A stretch of DNA of 53,408 bases, from the NCBI GenBank assembly GCA_041659585.1, contig JBAZXY010000001.1, forward strand, positions 1 through 53,408, written 5' to 3'. Source of the stretch: Parcubacteria group bacterium. GTDB lineage: Bacteria > Patescibacteriota > Minisyncoccia > Moranbacterales > UBA2206. Position numbers and translations under genes: made by a program. The notes under the pieces are model-generated. The model saw only the letters and a list, made by a program, of their open reading frames with translations. It was not told where the DNA came from and did no database searches. Shown one piece after another: positions 17,090 to 25,972 of this stretch; positions within the stretch are counted from its first letter, which is position 1; each line of letters begins with the position of its first letter.

Positions 17090-17488
17090 ATGAAAACACA
17101 TATTTGCGTTCCAATAGATAGAGCAATTGAAGAGTTGCAAAAAGGAAATAATTTATTTGAACCAGCAACTCCATCAGAGGCATTCAGGGTATTAATAAGA
17201 CAAAAGGAGAAAGGAAAAAAGTATTTTACTGGATGCAGTAATGAAGGACCAGATGGGATGTGTCAGGGGCATCCGGACATTGTGGATGCTACACATAAAC
17301 TTTCTTGTAGTCATTGCACAAATAGTCGAAATAGATTTAATTATGAAATGTCGTGTATTGTTTTAAAAAAAATGCCCCAAAATCGTGTAAAAATTTTAGT
17401 TTTCGGAGAACGTTATTGGAATGATCGTAACCGGAAGGAGAGAATTAGATATGTTGATAGCGTAAGAGTTAAGAGAATTAAAGAATAA
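17090..17488 (+). CDS. Hypothetical Cys-rich phage protein
   Basis: ORF with no family assigned. Confidence 0.45.
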   Translation: MKTHICVPIDRAIEELQKGNNLFEPATPSEAFRVLIRQKEKGKKYFTGCSNEGPDGMCQGHPDIVDATHKLSCSHCTNSRNRFNYEMSCIVLKKMPQNRVKILVFGERYWNDRNRKERIRYVDSVRVKRIKE

Positions 17489-17492
17489 GCAT

Positions 17493-17843
17493 ATGAAAAT
17501 CATCTTAGAAAACTTCAAGTGCCTTTCCTGGAACGATATGCAGAACATCCACTGGTCTCTCCGGGCGCAAGAGAAAAAGAACTTGCAGAATGCGGTGTAT
17601 GCTCTGGCCTACAATCTAGGCAAAAAAGAAAAGGTGAACATTCCGGCGCTGGTGAAGATTGAAGCTCATTTCAAGGACGGTGGACGGCACGACCCGGACA
17701 ATCTGTATGTGAAGCCCATCCTGGATGGATTGGTGCGCGCAGGAGTATTCGAGGACGATAACGGAAAAATCATTGACTGGGTGTGCTCAAAGGCTGAGGT
17801 TAAAATGCCAAGTGATCAAATAATAATTTATATTAACGAATAA
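17493..17843 (+). CDS. rusA: RusA-family Holliday junction resolvase
   Basis: GGRHDPDNLYVKPILDGLVRAGVFEDDNGKI matches the RusA D.DN..K...D.L...G...DD signature. 116 aa. Confidence 0.8.
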   Translation: MKIILENFKCLSWNDMQNIHWSLRAQEKKNLQNAVYALAYNLGKKEKVNIPALVKIEAHFKDGGRHDPDNLYVKPILDGLVRAGVFEDDNGKIIDWVCSKAEVKMPSDQIIIYINE

Positions 17844-17849
17844 AAACTT

Positions 17850-18158
17850 ATGATTAATGAACAAATAATAGAGTGTCCAGATGGTTCATTTTACAGGAAA
17901 GATGGAGGAAGTCCAGAAACTAGTATTTTTGAAAAATTAGCGGATATTGAGCATCAGCGCTGGGCTGATTGGCAGAAATATCTGCATAGCCTGTGTGATG
18001 TCAATCCAAATGGGAGCCTGACAATACCTAGTTTCTTTGTGAATAAATGGAAAAAGCAAATCGAAACACCCTATCAAAGATTGAGCGAAAAAGAAAAAGA
18101 TAGCGATAGGGAACAAGTTCAAAGGTATTGGAATTTAATTAATCCTAATAGATTTTAA
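17850..18158 (+). CDS. Small phage protein with an RyR-domain-like motif
   Basis: LADIEHQRWADWQ ... PYQRLSEKEKDSDREQV resembles the RyR repeat pattern (memory-based). Confidence 0.35.
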   Translation: MINEQIIECPDGSFYRKDGGSPETSIFEKLADIEHQRWADWQKYLHSLCDVNPNGSLTIPSFFVNKWKKQIETPYQRLSEKEKDSDREQVQRYWNLINPNRF

Positions 18159-18161
18159 AAA

Positions 18162-18602
18162 ATGGAAAAAATAATCATTCCAGTCAAAGACATCACATTA
18201 AATTCTCTGGTCGCGGACATGATAGATGGTCAAAAAGTAATTGAGGTTCCAGTTGAGAATACAAACGACGTTTCAGACGGCTATCACACTTTTGGCGAAT
18301 TGTATGACCACCGCATCACTCTGTTTATTGCACTATGTAAAGAAATTGATTTTTCAAATAAGGCTTATGGTTATGATAACAGGCAGGTATGGAGATCAAA
18401 GAAGCACTCAGACGGGGAAATTTGTTTTGGTACTGGCACACAATTTGTTTTAGGACTCGGATATAACAAAGGTGAACAACTCACTTACCACATTCCGATT
18501 GAAAGATGGGAAGAGTGTAGATTTGCTGAAACACTGGAAAAAGCTCCCGAGTGGGATGGTCACACTAGCTCAGATGTTTTGGAGAGAATAAAAAATTTAT
18601 GA
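18162..18602 (+). CDS. Hypothetical phage protein (DGYHTFGELYDHR ... WDGH motifs)
   Basis: ORF whose stop overlaps the next start (ATGA). Confidence 0.45.
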   Translation: MEKIIIPVKDITLNSLVADMIDGQKVIEVPVENTNDVSDGYHTFGELYDHRITLFIALCKEIDFSNKAYGYDNRQVWRSKKHSDGEICFGTGTQFVLGLGYNKGEQLTYHIPIERWEECRFAETLEKAPEWDGHTSSDVLERIKNL

Positions 18603-18706
18603 ATAAAATCAAAAAAATCTTAAAACTAATAATTCTAATCCTTCAGCAAAAAGGACTCATCACCGCTCAAGAGTTTGCTGATTTATTGGAAGAAATAAAA
18701 AAATGA
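18599..18706 (+). CDS. Small ORF (35 aa), translationally coupled on both sides
   Basis: ATGA overlaps at both ends: 18599-18602 and 18703-18706. Confidence 0.3.
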   Translation: MNKIKKILKLIILILQQKGLITAQEFADLLEEIKK

Positions 18707-19068
18707 AACAATTACAAATGCAGTTCGATGAGGTCCGGGAGATGAAAAAGGAGATGAAGGGTATCCGGGAGATGTATAAGGACGCGCTAAGCAATGCTGA
18801 TGATTATGCTGATATTTGCGAGAAGGTGAAAGAGCTGCGCGACAAGAAAAAGCAAATTGAGGAGGGAATCAAAAACGGGATGGGCAAGAGCTGGGAGAAA
18901 TATGAAGAATTGAAGAGTGAAGTGGCAGCGAACAAAGTCCTGATGAGCGATATCGCGATGACGACATTGATGGACGGCAAGACGGTGGAGGTGGTGGATG
19001 AATATTCTAATCGATATGAGCCGGTTTATGCTGTGAGTTTTAAAAAAACTAAGGAGGTTAAAAAATAA
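18703..19068 (+). CDS. Hypothetical coiled-coil phage protein
   Basis: ORF with charged heptad-like sequence. Confidence 0.45.
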   Translation: MKQLQMQFDEVREMKKEMKGIREMYKDALSNADDYADICEKVKELRDKKKQIEEGIKNGMGKSWEKYEELKSEVAANKVLMSDIAMTTLMDGKTVEVVDEYSNRYEPVYAVSFKKTKEVKK

Positions 19069-19073
19069 AAATT

Positions 19074-19358
19074 ATGAACATTAATAAATTTAAAGAGGGG
19101 GATATTGTGACTAGGAATAATCCTTGCGATTATGACCACAATGGAATAAAAGATTCTAGTTATTGCGGAGATAGATTGTTATTTTGTGGTCTTGATGAAA
19201 AGGCTAAAATTATATTTTATAAGCACACCCAGGGGATATTAAAAAGCGCTGATATATGTACATTGAGTTATGCAAGAGATAACTGGGATGAGGGCTGGGA
19301 ATATTATCCAGACTCAATGTTAGAAAAAATTAAAGATAAATTTTCTAAAAATAATTAA
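19074..19358 (+). CDS. Hypothetical phage protein
   Basis: ORF. Confidence 0.4.
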   Translation: MNINKFKEGDIVTRNNPCDYDHNGIKDSSYCGDRLLFCGLDEKAKIIFYKHTQGILKSADICTLSYARDNWDEGWEYYPDSMLEKIKDKFSKNN

Positions 19359-19410
19359 ATTCAAATAATCCAAAAACCCCAGCCATTAAGGCGTGGGTGG
19401 AGGATAAAAA

Positions 19411-19653
19411 GTGATGGAAGAAGAAACACAAAGAGAATTAACTTTTGGGGAAAAGGCAGTGGGTTTGACATTCAACCCTAGTGGAAGTACGTTGGTCGAT
19501 ATTATCAAGAGAAATTATGCTGGTATCATTGACCATCTAAATATCGAGCGTGAAGGAGCTACGCCGGATAAGGCTAGATTATGCTCTGTAGCTATCACGG
19601 AAGCCCAGACAGCTCAGATGTGGGCAGTTAAGGCCGTTACCTGTCAGTTCTAA
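19411..19653 (+). CDS. Hypothetical small phage protein
   Basis: ORF. The track start is GTG; ATG at 19414 is also possible. Confidence 0.4.
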   Translation: MMEEETQRELTFGEKAVGLTFNPSGSTLVDIIKRNYAGIIDHLNIEREGATPDKARLCSVAITEAQTAQMWAVKAVTCQF

Positions 19654-19754
19654 TCTCCTCCCTTGGAGCCTCAACTAGGCAGGGGCTTCAAGATGAGGAT
19701 GTTAAAAGGAAAGTTCTTTAAAACACAAATCAAAATCAAAAATGGAGGTGGGCC

Positions 19755-19943
19755 ATGTCAGTTCAAGTTTGCTTTGATCACAACAAAAAAGATGAAGGGA
19801 ATGGATGGATAGATGAGCCGAATATGCCGGGATATATGCTGTATCTTCGCAGGCCAACCAAAATGGGAAAATGCCCAATTTGTAAACAAGAGCAGAATGT
19901 GCGCGACACTATCAATGCTTTACGAGAACAGGAGGCGCTATGA
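19755..19943 (+). CDS. Hypothetical small protein with a CxxC motif
   Basis: ORF containing KCPICK. Confidence 0.35.
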   Translation: MSVQVCFDHNKKDEGNGWIDEPNMPGYMLYLRRPTKMGKCPICKQEQNVRDTINALREQEAL

Positions 19944-20128
19944 AGCAAATAATTTTGTGCATAGGGTGTGCCAAAGTTTCTGGCTGCCGCATCAAAGGGG
20001 TTGAAAAACTCTGCTCCGGATGTAAGTCAGTTGCAAACTGCGATTTGCTTTCTGTGGAAGAGCCAGCCACTGAAAGTTTTGTTACTTGTGGCAGTTGCGC
20101 TAAACGATTTGATGGTGATTATGACTAA
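19940..20128 (+). CDS. Hypothetical Cys-rich (zinc-ribbon-like) small protein
   Basis: CIGC...CSGC...CGSC motifs. Start overlaps the upstream stop. Confidence 0.35.
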   Translation: MKQIILCIGCAKVSGCRIKGVEKLCSGCKSVANCDLLSVEEPATESFVTCGSCAKRFDGDYD

Positions 20129-20285
20129 GGTGAATATTGTTTCATCTAACGAGCCCGAGGGACTCTCTTCCCTCAATTTTGATAATTATTAGTTTTAAAA
20201 TAATATGGAGTGGATAGAGTTTTTTGAAGCACTAAGAAAAATAAAAAGGGATAGAATAATTATAAACCCTTGGATAGACTAAATA

Positions 20286-20915
20286 ATGAAAAAACAGAAA
20301 AAGACAATTAAAAAGAAAGTTGCGAAAAAGCCGGCAAAGAGAAAGGCTGTAGTTGAGAAAACTAAATTGCTTCCTTTGATGCCGAAACCTTTGAAGACTC
20401 CAAAATCTCCAAAGAAAGATAAGGTGTCTGTGCAGGATGTGGCTTTTTTAGAGAAAGCTTTTGAGGGAGATAAGGAGATGACTTTGTTTTTTCTTGCCTA
20501 TCTAAAGCACGATAGAAACGCCAGCAAAGCATATAAGTTTCTTCACCCCGGATGCACTGATCACTCCTCTCGGGTGCTAGGCTCTCGCCAGTTAGCAAAG
20601 GTTAGCATTTCTATGATTTTAGACAGCTATGGGTTGGGAGTGGAGACCTATATCAAAAAGATAAAAGAGGGCTTGGAAGCTGCGAATTATGAAAAGGTGA
20701 GTGTTGGAACAGTGGATAAATTAAAAAATGGAAAAATTAAAAAAGAAACCATCTATAAAATTGTTGAATCTCCCAATCACCAAGTGCAAAAAGCCTATCA
20801 CGAGTCTCTTGGAAAACTTCTAGGAATTGAAGGTAAGAAAGATGACACAGCTCCAAACATATCGGTCCAAGTCAATAATCTAATCAACGATAAAAAAAAC
20901 AAGTATGGCATTTAA
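20286..20915 (+). CDS. Terminase small subunit
   Basis: Basic N-terminus. FFLAYLKHDRNASKAYKFLHP...SSRVLGSRQLAKVSI resembles the Terminase_2-type HTH. Immediately precedes the large terminase. Confidence 0.6.
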   Translation: MKKQKKTIKKKVAKKPAKRKAVVEKTKLLPLMPKPLKTPKSPKKDKVSVQDVAFLEKAFEGDKEMTLFFLAYLKHDRNASKAYKFLHPGCTDHSSRVLGSRQLAKVSISMILDSYGLGVETYIKKIKEGLEAANYEKVSVGTVDKLKNGKIKKETIYKIVESPNHQVQKAYHESLGKLLGIEGKKDDTAPNISVQVNNLINDKKNKYGI

Positions 20916-21741
20916 CTCACAAGGCTACAAAGACGCAATCCAAAAAGAGTTGGCGATTGTGAACAAGGATAAGGTGGAGGTGCCTTTCATGCTCAATCCA
21001 GCCCAAGACCACTTTGTTGGCCAGATGGAAACCTATTTATTAATTGTGATCCTCAAAGCGCGCAAGATGGGATTCTCATCTGTGGCGCTGGCCATTGCAG
21101 TTCTCAAGTTTATCTTTGGCGAGAATGAGCGTTGTGTTTCTATGTCATTTGATGCTGATGCCGCCGGAAAGCAATTAGAGCGTGTGAAGTATTTCCTACG
21201 CTCATTTGAAAGAACTAATAACATCAAGATACCCCTTAAATATAATTCCAAGAAAGAGCTTGTCTATGAAAAGAAAGATGAGAATGGAAATATTGTATGC
21301 GTGAACACATTAAGGATCGGAACGGCTAAGTCAGGAAGTTTCGGACGAGGTGACGACATCACATTTCTCCATCTTACTGAGGTTGCCTTTTGTCCAAGCA
21401 TGGAAGACCTTTTGTCCGGTGTAGGTGAAGCCTGCGTGAATAATGCCCATAAGATATTTGAAACAACAGCTAATGGATATAACGATTTCAAAGAATTCTG
21501 GGATAGAGCGAAGCTAGGATTGAATGGTTACAAAGCTTTATTCTATGGACCACATTGGGAATATGATGAAATCTTTTTGGCTGGCAAACTGCAGACACTC
21601 GGAGAAAGGCTTTTCAAACAAGAATATCCCAAAACAGAAGAAGAGGCGTTCCTTACTTCCGGCGCATGCTATTTTGATATCCTAGTTATTTCAGAGATGT
21701 TAAAGAAAGCGAAAGAGCCAATCATTAATCAATTTTCATAA
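20905..21741 (+). CDS. Terminase large subunit, N-terminal ATPase part (split gene)
   Basis: Walker-A-like ILKARKMGFSS and Walker-B-like ITFLHLTEVAF. Ends at TAA 21739-21741. Confidence 0.65.
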   Translation: MAFNSQGYKDAIQKELAIVNKDKVEVPFMLNPAQDHFVGQMETYLLIVILKARKMGFSSVALAIAVLKFIFGENERCVSMSFDADAAGKQLERVKYFLRSFERTNNIKIPLKYNSKKELVYEKKDENGNIVCVNTLRIGTAKSGSFGRGDDITFLHLTEVAFCPSMEDLLSGVGEACVNNAHKIFETTANGYNDFKEFWDRAKLGLNGYKALFYGPHWEYDEIFLAGKLQTLGERLFKQEYPKTEEEAFLTSGACYFDILVISEMLKKAKEPIINQFS

Positions 21742-21752
21742 TAAAAACAAAG

Positions 21753-22388
21753 ATGTTTAGACAATACAGACAAATTGAAAAAGGTGAGTTCTTTGTGGTA
21801 GCAGTCGATACCTGTTCAGGTGGAGGAGACTTCGGACCAGCGCAATTTCTTTCCAAGACCAAAGTGGATGTTCCATTGGTTTGGCATAGCGATGTAACCA
21901 CCTCAGACTTCATTCCTATTCTGGTGCGAACATTGGAGATGATCTACGACATTACAGGAGTTAAGCCGGTCGTTGCGCTCGAGCGTCAAAACGGAGGGGC
22001 ATTCTTGATGGATAGGTTGGCCGCTATGAATCTACTGGGGAAGTTTATACTATTCATCATGCCTTCAATTGGAAATACTGAACCGGGAGAATCAAAGAGA
22101 TTGGGCTGGGATACAAACCTCGCCACACGTCCAAAAATGCTCCAGGACCTGCAAGGAGCAATGAACAACACACTTATCAAGATTTATGACAAACAAACGC
22201 TCAGCGAGTGCCTATCGTTCGTAATCGTGAAGAATTCCAGTAGTTGGAAAGCTCAAGCCGAAAAGAAGTCTCATGACGACCTTGTAATGGCACTGGCCAT
22301 AGCTTGGCAGATGTATCAGATATGCCAGCCATCAGTTTCAGAGGCTAAGGACTATTCTAAATATGAAAATTATAAACAAGAAGAATAA
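21753..22388 (+). CDS. Terminase large subunit, C-terminal nuclease part (split gene)
   Basis: RNaseH-like nuclease motifs (VAVDTCSGGGD ... HDDLVMALAIAW). Different frame, starting 11 nt after the upstream stop. Confidence 0.65.
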   Translation: MFRQYRQIEKGEFFVVAVDTCSGGGDFGPAQFLSKTKVDVPLVWHSDVTTSDFIPILVRTLEMIYDITGVKPVVALERQNGGAFLMDRLAAMNLLGKFILFIMPSIGNTEPGESKRLGWDTNLATRPKMLQDLQGAMNNTLIKIYDKQTLSECLSFVIVKNSSSWKAQAEKKSHDDLVMALAIAWQMYQICQPSVSEAKDYSKYENYKQEE

Positions 22389-22392
22389 AATT

Positions 22393-22551
22393 ATGAAAAA
22401 GAAATTTGATATATATTGTCCGCCAAAGGTTGTTATATTGGATGGCTTGGAATATCTACAATTTAAACCAGGAGCGTGGACGATCATAGGCATGCCAGAC
22501 ACCATGCCCGAACCAAGAATAATCAATTTAAAAGATAAAAAATATGTGTAA
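22393..22551 (+). CDS. Hypothetical small phage protein
   Basis: Internal ATG at 22393 chosen to avoid overlapping the terminase end. The track ORF starts at 22363. Confidence 0.35.
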   Translation: MKKKFDIYCPPKVVILDGLEYLQFKPGAWTIIGMPDTMPEPRIINLKDKKYV

Positions 22552-22840
22552 ATGCACTCCAAATATATGGGAATCATTTTGTGGACAGCCAGGCTGCGAA
22601 TGGCCAAAGCAGGAAGTGGCAAAACCATCAGCTGCCGAAGAGGTTGATGAATTAATCATAAAGCCAGCGGGATTTACTTGCAGTTTAATTTTTGAAAAAG
22701 GAAGGATGACCTGTGGAGACGCTCACGAGGGAATTGGGATAAGGCTTTCGAACGAACCAGGTGGAGGAGTGTTGAAATTAGATGATGTTATCCAAATAAA
22801 AAATTGGATAGAATCCCACCTAAAGTCATTAATAAATTAA
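22544..22840 (+). CDS. Hypothetical phage protein
   Basis: ORF. Confidence 0.4.
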   Translation: MCKCTPNIWESFCGQPGCEWPKQEVAKPSAAEEVDELIIKPAGFTCSLIFEKGRMTCGDAHEGIGIRLSNEPGGGVLKLDDVIQIKNWIESHLKSLIN

Positions 22841-22850
22841 AACAAAACCC

Positions 22851-23024
22851 ATGGGACAAGCAAAAACATTTAAAAAGCAGCGTAAATATGCCAGGCAAGC
22901 AATGTATATGTCACTCCAACAATTCAAAGAGGAATTTAATTCAGACGACTTTGTGAAGCCCTGCCCAAAATTTATCCCGAAGATTATCTGGAACATCCTA
23001 ATCAACATTTTAGTGAAAAAATAA
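22851..23024 (+). CDS. Small ORF (57 aa), basic N-terminus and hydrophobic C-terminus
   Basis: Fills the gap between neighbouring ORFs. Below the track cut-off. Confidence 0.3.
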   Translation: MGQAKTFKKQRKYARQAMYMSLQQFKEEFNSDDFVKPCPKFIPKIIWNILINILVKK

Positions 23025-23025
23025 T

Positions 23026-23208
23026 ATGATCTACATCACATCAATCAAAGACGGGAAGGTGCTGGCCGATGCAACTGAGCGTGACATTGGATTTCTGGAA
23101 GGATATTTCAATGGCGAAATCGTTGAAGATGAAGAGCTGGAATTTATTATCGTCACTAAAAACACCATGGTTGCTGACAAATTAATAAAAAAACTAATGA
23201 AAAAATAA
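23026..23208 (+). CDS. Hypothetical small phage protein
   Basis: ORF. Confidence 0.35.
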   Translation: MIYITSIKDGKVLADATERDIGFLEGYFNGEIVEDEELEFIIVTKNTMVADKLIKKLMKK

Positions 23209-23212
23209 AAAA

Positions 23213-23389
23213 ATGATTTCTAGTCAACAAGAAGAGGAGAAAAAAAAGGACGAAGTTTTGCAGCAGATAAATGATGCCCTGGAGAAGGAAAATTGGGGAG
23301 GAAGCTGTGGAAGGTTTGTACTTAAAGTTGTTTTTAACGGAAAATATCAGGTTGAATCAGTATGTGGAAACAAAAAATTTGACAAATAA
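23213..23389 (+). CDS. Small ORF (58 aa)
   Basis: Fills a gap. Below the track cut-off. Confidence 0.3.
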   Translation: MISSQQEEEKKKDEVLQQINDALEKENWGGSCGRFVLKVVFNGKYQVESVCGNKKFDK

Positions 23390-23406
23390 TTTATTTCTGG
23401 TATAAT
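23379..23406 (+). promoter_or_regulatory. Near-consensus promoter (TTGACA-16 nt-TATAAT with TG extension) upstream of the virion module
   Basis: TTGACA at 23379-23384 and TGGTATAAT ending at 23406. Confidence 0.6.
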
Positions 23407-23412
23407 AGCCTC

Positions 23413-23549
23413 ATAGTTCTTTATTCTCAGTCGTAGTTTGAGCAGATAATTCCACAATTAGGGTGCAATATCCCAAGCTGTCCGAGGCATTATGTTGAAA
23501 GGGCAGGTAAGTAACTTTGTAAAAAAGGTTTCTTACCTGCCCTTTTTTT
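23413..23549 (+). ncRNA. Candidate short transcript (about 135 nt) between the consensus promoter and a strong terminator
   Basis: Bracketed by the 23379 promoter and the 23500-23549 terminator. No convincing ORF. Confidence 0.3.
23500..23549 (+). terminator. Strong rho-independent terminator
   Basis: 12-bp stem AGGGCAGGTAAG / CTTACCTGCCCT followed by T7. Confidence 0.75.
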
Positions 23550-23680
23550 ATTGTCTAAAAATGCAATTTCTTTCTCGTAAGCGCGCGAAAAATAAACATC
23601 TTTCTTTCGTCTTTCTAGTTTTACTAGGATGTTGCGAGAGTCTGAAAAGTGGGTTTTGCCCACTTATGAGAAAAAAATAA

Positions 23681-25516
23681 ATGGAAGAAACAAAGACAAC
23701 TGAAGAAACTGGAGAGGAGAGCACAGTCAATGTTGACAAGGTTCTTCTTGATGTTATTTCCAACCAGTATGACAAGGCCGATACCTCTCACAAGGAGATT
23801 CGCGACACCGGATTCACTTTCAACGACAGAGAGGAGTTGTTTTTGCAACGATACAAAGAAAGCAAAGAAGACACTGAATCAGTCCTGTCCACCGGAGAGC
23901 TGACAACTTTGGCCATTGACGGATCATGCCGCGTGATGGCGCAACTGCCAAGCGGAAGATTCTACAACTATAACGGCAAGACCGGCGCCAATATGATCAT
24001 GAATCTGTATTTCAAACACGCGGTGGTGCGAAATGCCAACACCGGCGGACCACTGCTGATGAAATATCGCATGGTGGATATGTATTCCAGAGTTTTCCCA
24101 TATATCCCGTGTTTTATCGATTGGAAAGTGACTGACAAATACACCGGTCCCGATTTGATTGTCATCCATCCAAGGCGTTTTCGACCACAACCCGGCAAGA
24201 CGGCCATTGAGGATATGGATTATTGCTTTATCGACACGGAAGTCTCCACGCAATGGTTGGAAGAAAAACTGAAACAAGACAGCGAAGGAGTGGTATTTAA
24301 AAACATTCAAAATATTTTAGACAGTGCCAAAGATGAGGGCACTGGCGCGCCTGTCACGGAGCGTTCTCCTGACCAGTCCAACAAGACCAAGACCGGCATC
24401 ACGCTGCGGCATAAATTGAGTTCTAACGGGGACTGGCAGGTATGGGCTCCGTTTGATAGAGAAGATTTGCTGTTGGTCAACGAAAAGAAGTGGTTTCCGG
24501 GCATTCCGATTTCCATCAAAATCCAATATCCCAGCATGGACAAATTGGGAGGTATCACAGACTTTGACCGCGGTGAGAAGAATCAGAAATCTATCGATAG
24601 GTTGGTGCGAAACAATGAAGACAACTCTGAAATGATGACGCATCCGCCTCTCGTAATGGATCCGGAAGACGTGGTGCTCTCCTCGATTGTCAGAAAAAAG
24701 AAAGCCAAGTGGTTTGTGAAAAATAGCAAAGTGGATTCTATCAAAACAATGACTATCTCCCCGCAAGGCATGAACACTTTCCAAAGTACCTATCAGATTT
24801 ATAAAGGCAACATGCTTTCCATGGGCGCGCAGACCGATACAGCGGTCTCCGCCAGTATCGACCCGGGAATGGGCAAGACTCCGGAGGCTCTGCGCCAGCA
24901 AGGAAGCAAGCAAGGAGCGCGTGACGCCTGGGACATTTCTATGGTGGAGAATTTCATCGACAGGACGCACACCATCATGGCCAACATGATTGCCATGAAA
25001 GGCATCAACGAATATTCCTTCAATCTATTCGGAGAATCCATCAAGAAAATCAAAGATGAATATCCGGATGAAGACCTGACTATGTTCGGAGAAGAATTCG
25101 AGAACGGTCTGGCCAAGGTAGATCCTAAGCTGTTGGAAGGTGAATATGTCTATATCTCGGACGAAGGCAGCACGCTGGTGAAAAATGACGATACCGGAGT
25201 GAAGATGATGAATTACATTGAAAAATATAACAAATTCCCGGGAATCCAAGAAGATTTCGCAGAAGCAGGCCAGAAGTTCAATCAAGGAGAGGCTTTCAAA
25301 CGAGCCATGCTGGACGACGGAATCAAGGACGCGGAGAAGATTATCGTGATGCAAGAAAATCCGGAAAGCGTGGCAGGAGTGGGAGAAGACGGCGCGACAG
25401 CTCCGGAGGCTGGCATGATGCCAGAAGACCCAGGAATGCCCCCAGAAGCTCCGATAGTTCCGATGCCACCAAGTATGCCTCTCATGCCTGATAATCAACC
25501 AATAATCGCACAATAA
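23681..25516 (+). CDS. Portal protein (putative)
   Basis: 611 aa, first large gene after terminase and followed by scaffold-like and capsid genes. Pro/Met-rich C-terminal tail. Assigned by position and size only. Confidence 0.5.
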   Translation: MEETKTTEETGEESTVNVDKVLLDVISNQYDKADTSHKEIRDTGFTFNDREELFLQRYKESKEDTESVLSTGELTTLAIDGSCRVMAQLPSGRFYNYNGKTGANMIMNLYFKHAVVRNANTGGPLLMKYRMVDMYSRVFPYIPCFIDWKVTDKYTGPDLIVIHPRRFRPQPGKTAIEDMDYCFIDTEVSTQWLEEKLKQDSEGVVFKNIQNILDSAKDEGTGAPVTERSPDQSNKTKTGITLRHKLSSNGDWQVWAPFDREDLLLVNEKKWFPGIPISIKIQYPSMDKLGGITDFDRGEKNQKSIDRLVRNNEDNSEMMTHPPLVMDPEDVVLSSIVRKKKAKWFVKNSKVDSIKTMTISPQGMNTFQSTYQIYKGNMLSMGAQTDTAVSASIDPGMGKTPEALRQQGSKQGARDAWDISMVENFIDRTHTIMANMIAMKGINEYSFNLFGESIKKIKDEYPDEDLTMFGEEFENGLAKVDPKLLEGEYVYISDEGSTLVKNDDTGVKMMNYIEKYNKFPGIQEDFAEAGQKFNQGEAFKRAMLDDGIKDAEKIIVMQENPESVAGVGEDGATAPEAGMMPEDPGMPPEAPIVPMPPSMPLMPDNQPIIAQ

Positions 25517-25517
25517 T

Positions 25518-25871
25518 ATGCCAACAGCTAAAGAAATATTAGACATACATCGAAGAAGAGACGAACGAGACAAATTGAGGTTAGCGGGAAAGATTGATTC
25601 CAATGTGGATGATAATCACCTAGCTCAATTAGGAGAGAGTCAGGGATGGGAACTGCTGAAATTGAAGATTGAGAAAAACATAAGCGAATTGCTGGAACCT
25701 GGCATGGATGATGAATTAGTTTCTTTGGAAACTATCGGAGCAGTCACGATGGCCAGAGAATTTGCTATCCAGGCACTGAGCGAAGTGGTCCAAATGGTGG
25801 AATCAACTATGGCCGCCAAGAGAATTGAAAAACAAGAAGCAAAGATAGTCCCGGCACAAGAAACATTATAG
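25518..25871 (+). CDS. Hypothetical head-morphogenesis protein
   Basis: ORF abutting the portal stop. Confidence 0.4.
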   Translation: MPTAKEILDIHRRRDERDKLRLAGKIDSNVDDNHLAQLGESQGWELLKLKIEKNISELLEPGMDDELVSLETIGAVTMAREFAIQALSEVVQMVESTMAAKRIEKQEAKIVPAQETL

Positions 25872-25972
25872 ACAGACGCGCAGGAATCTCCTCCTGGTGC
25901 ACAGGAGGGTATTTCTGCAAAAAGCAGATAAAAATTAATTCGTAGCGCACCCGTAAGGTGCTGAAAAACTAA

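Noticed and set aside
21729-21755. Programmed -1 ribosomal frameshift joining the two terminase ORFs.
   Set aside because: There is no X XXY YYZ heptamer in the 13-nt window where both frames are open, and no downstream pseudoknot is evident. I keep it only as a split-gene observation.
23492-23680. 62-aa ORF upstream of the portal gene.
   Set aside because: It runs straight through a 12-bp-stem terminator and a T7 run, and has no RBS. The interval is better explained as non-coding.
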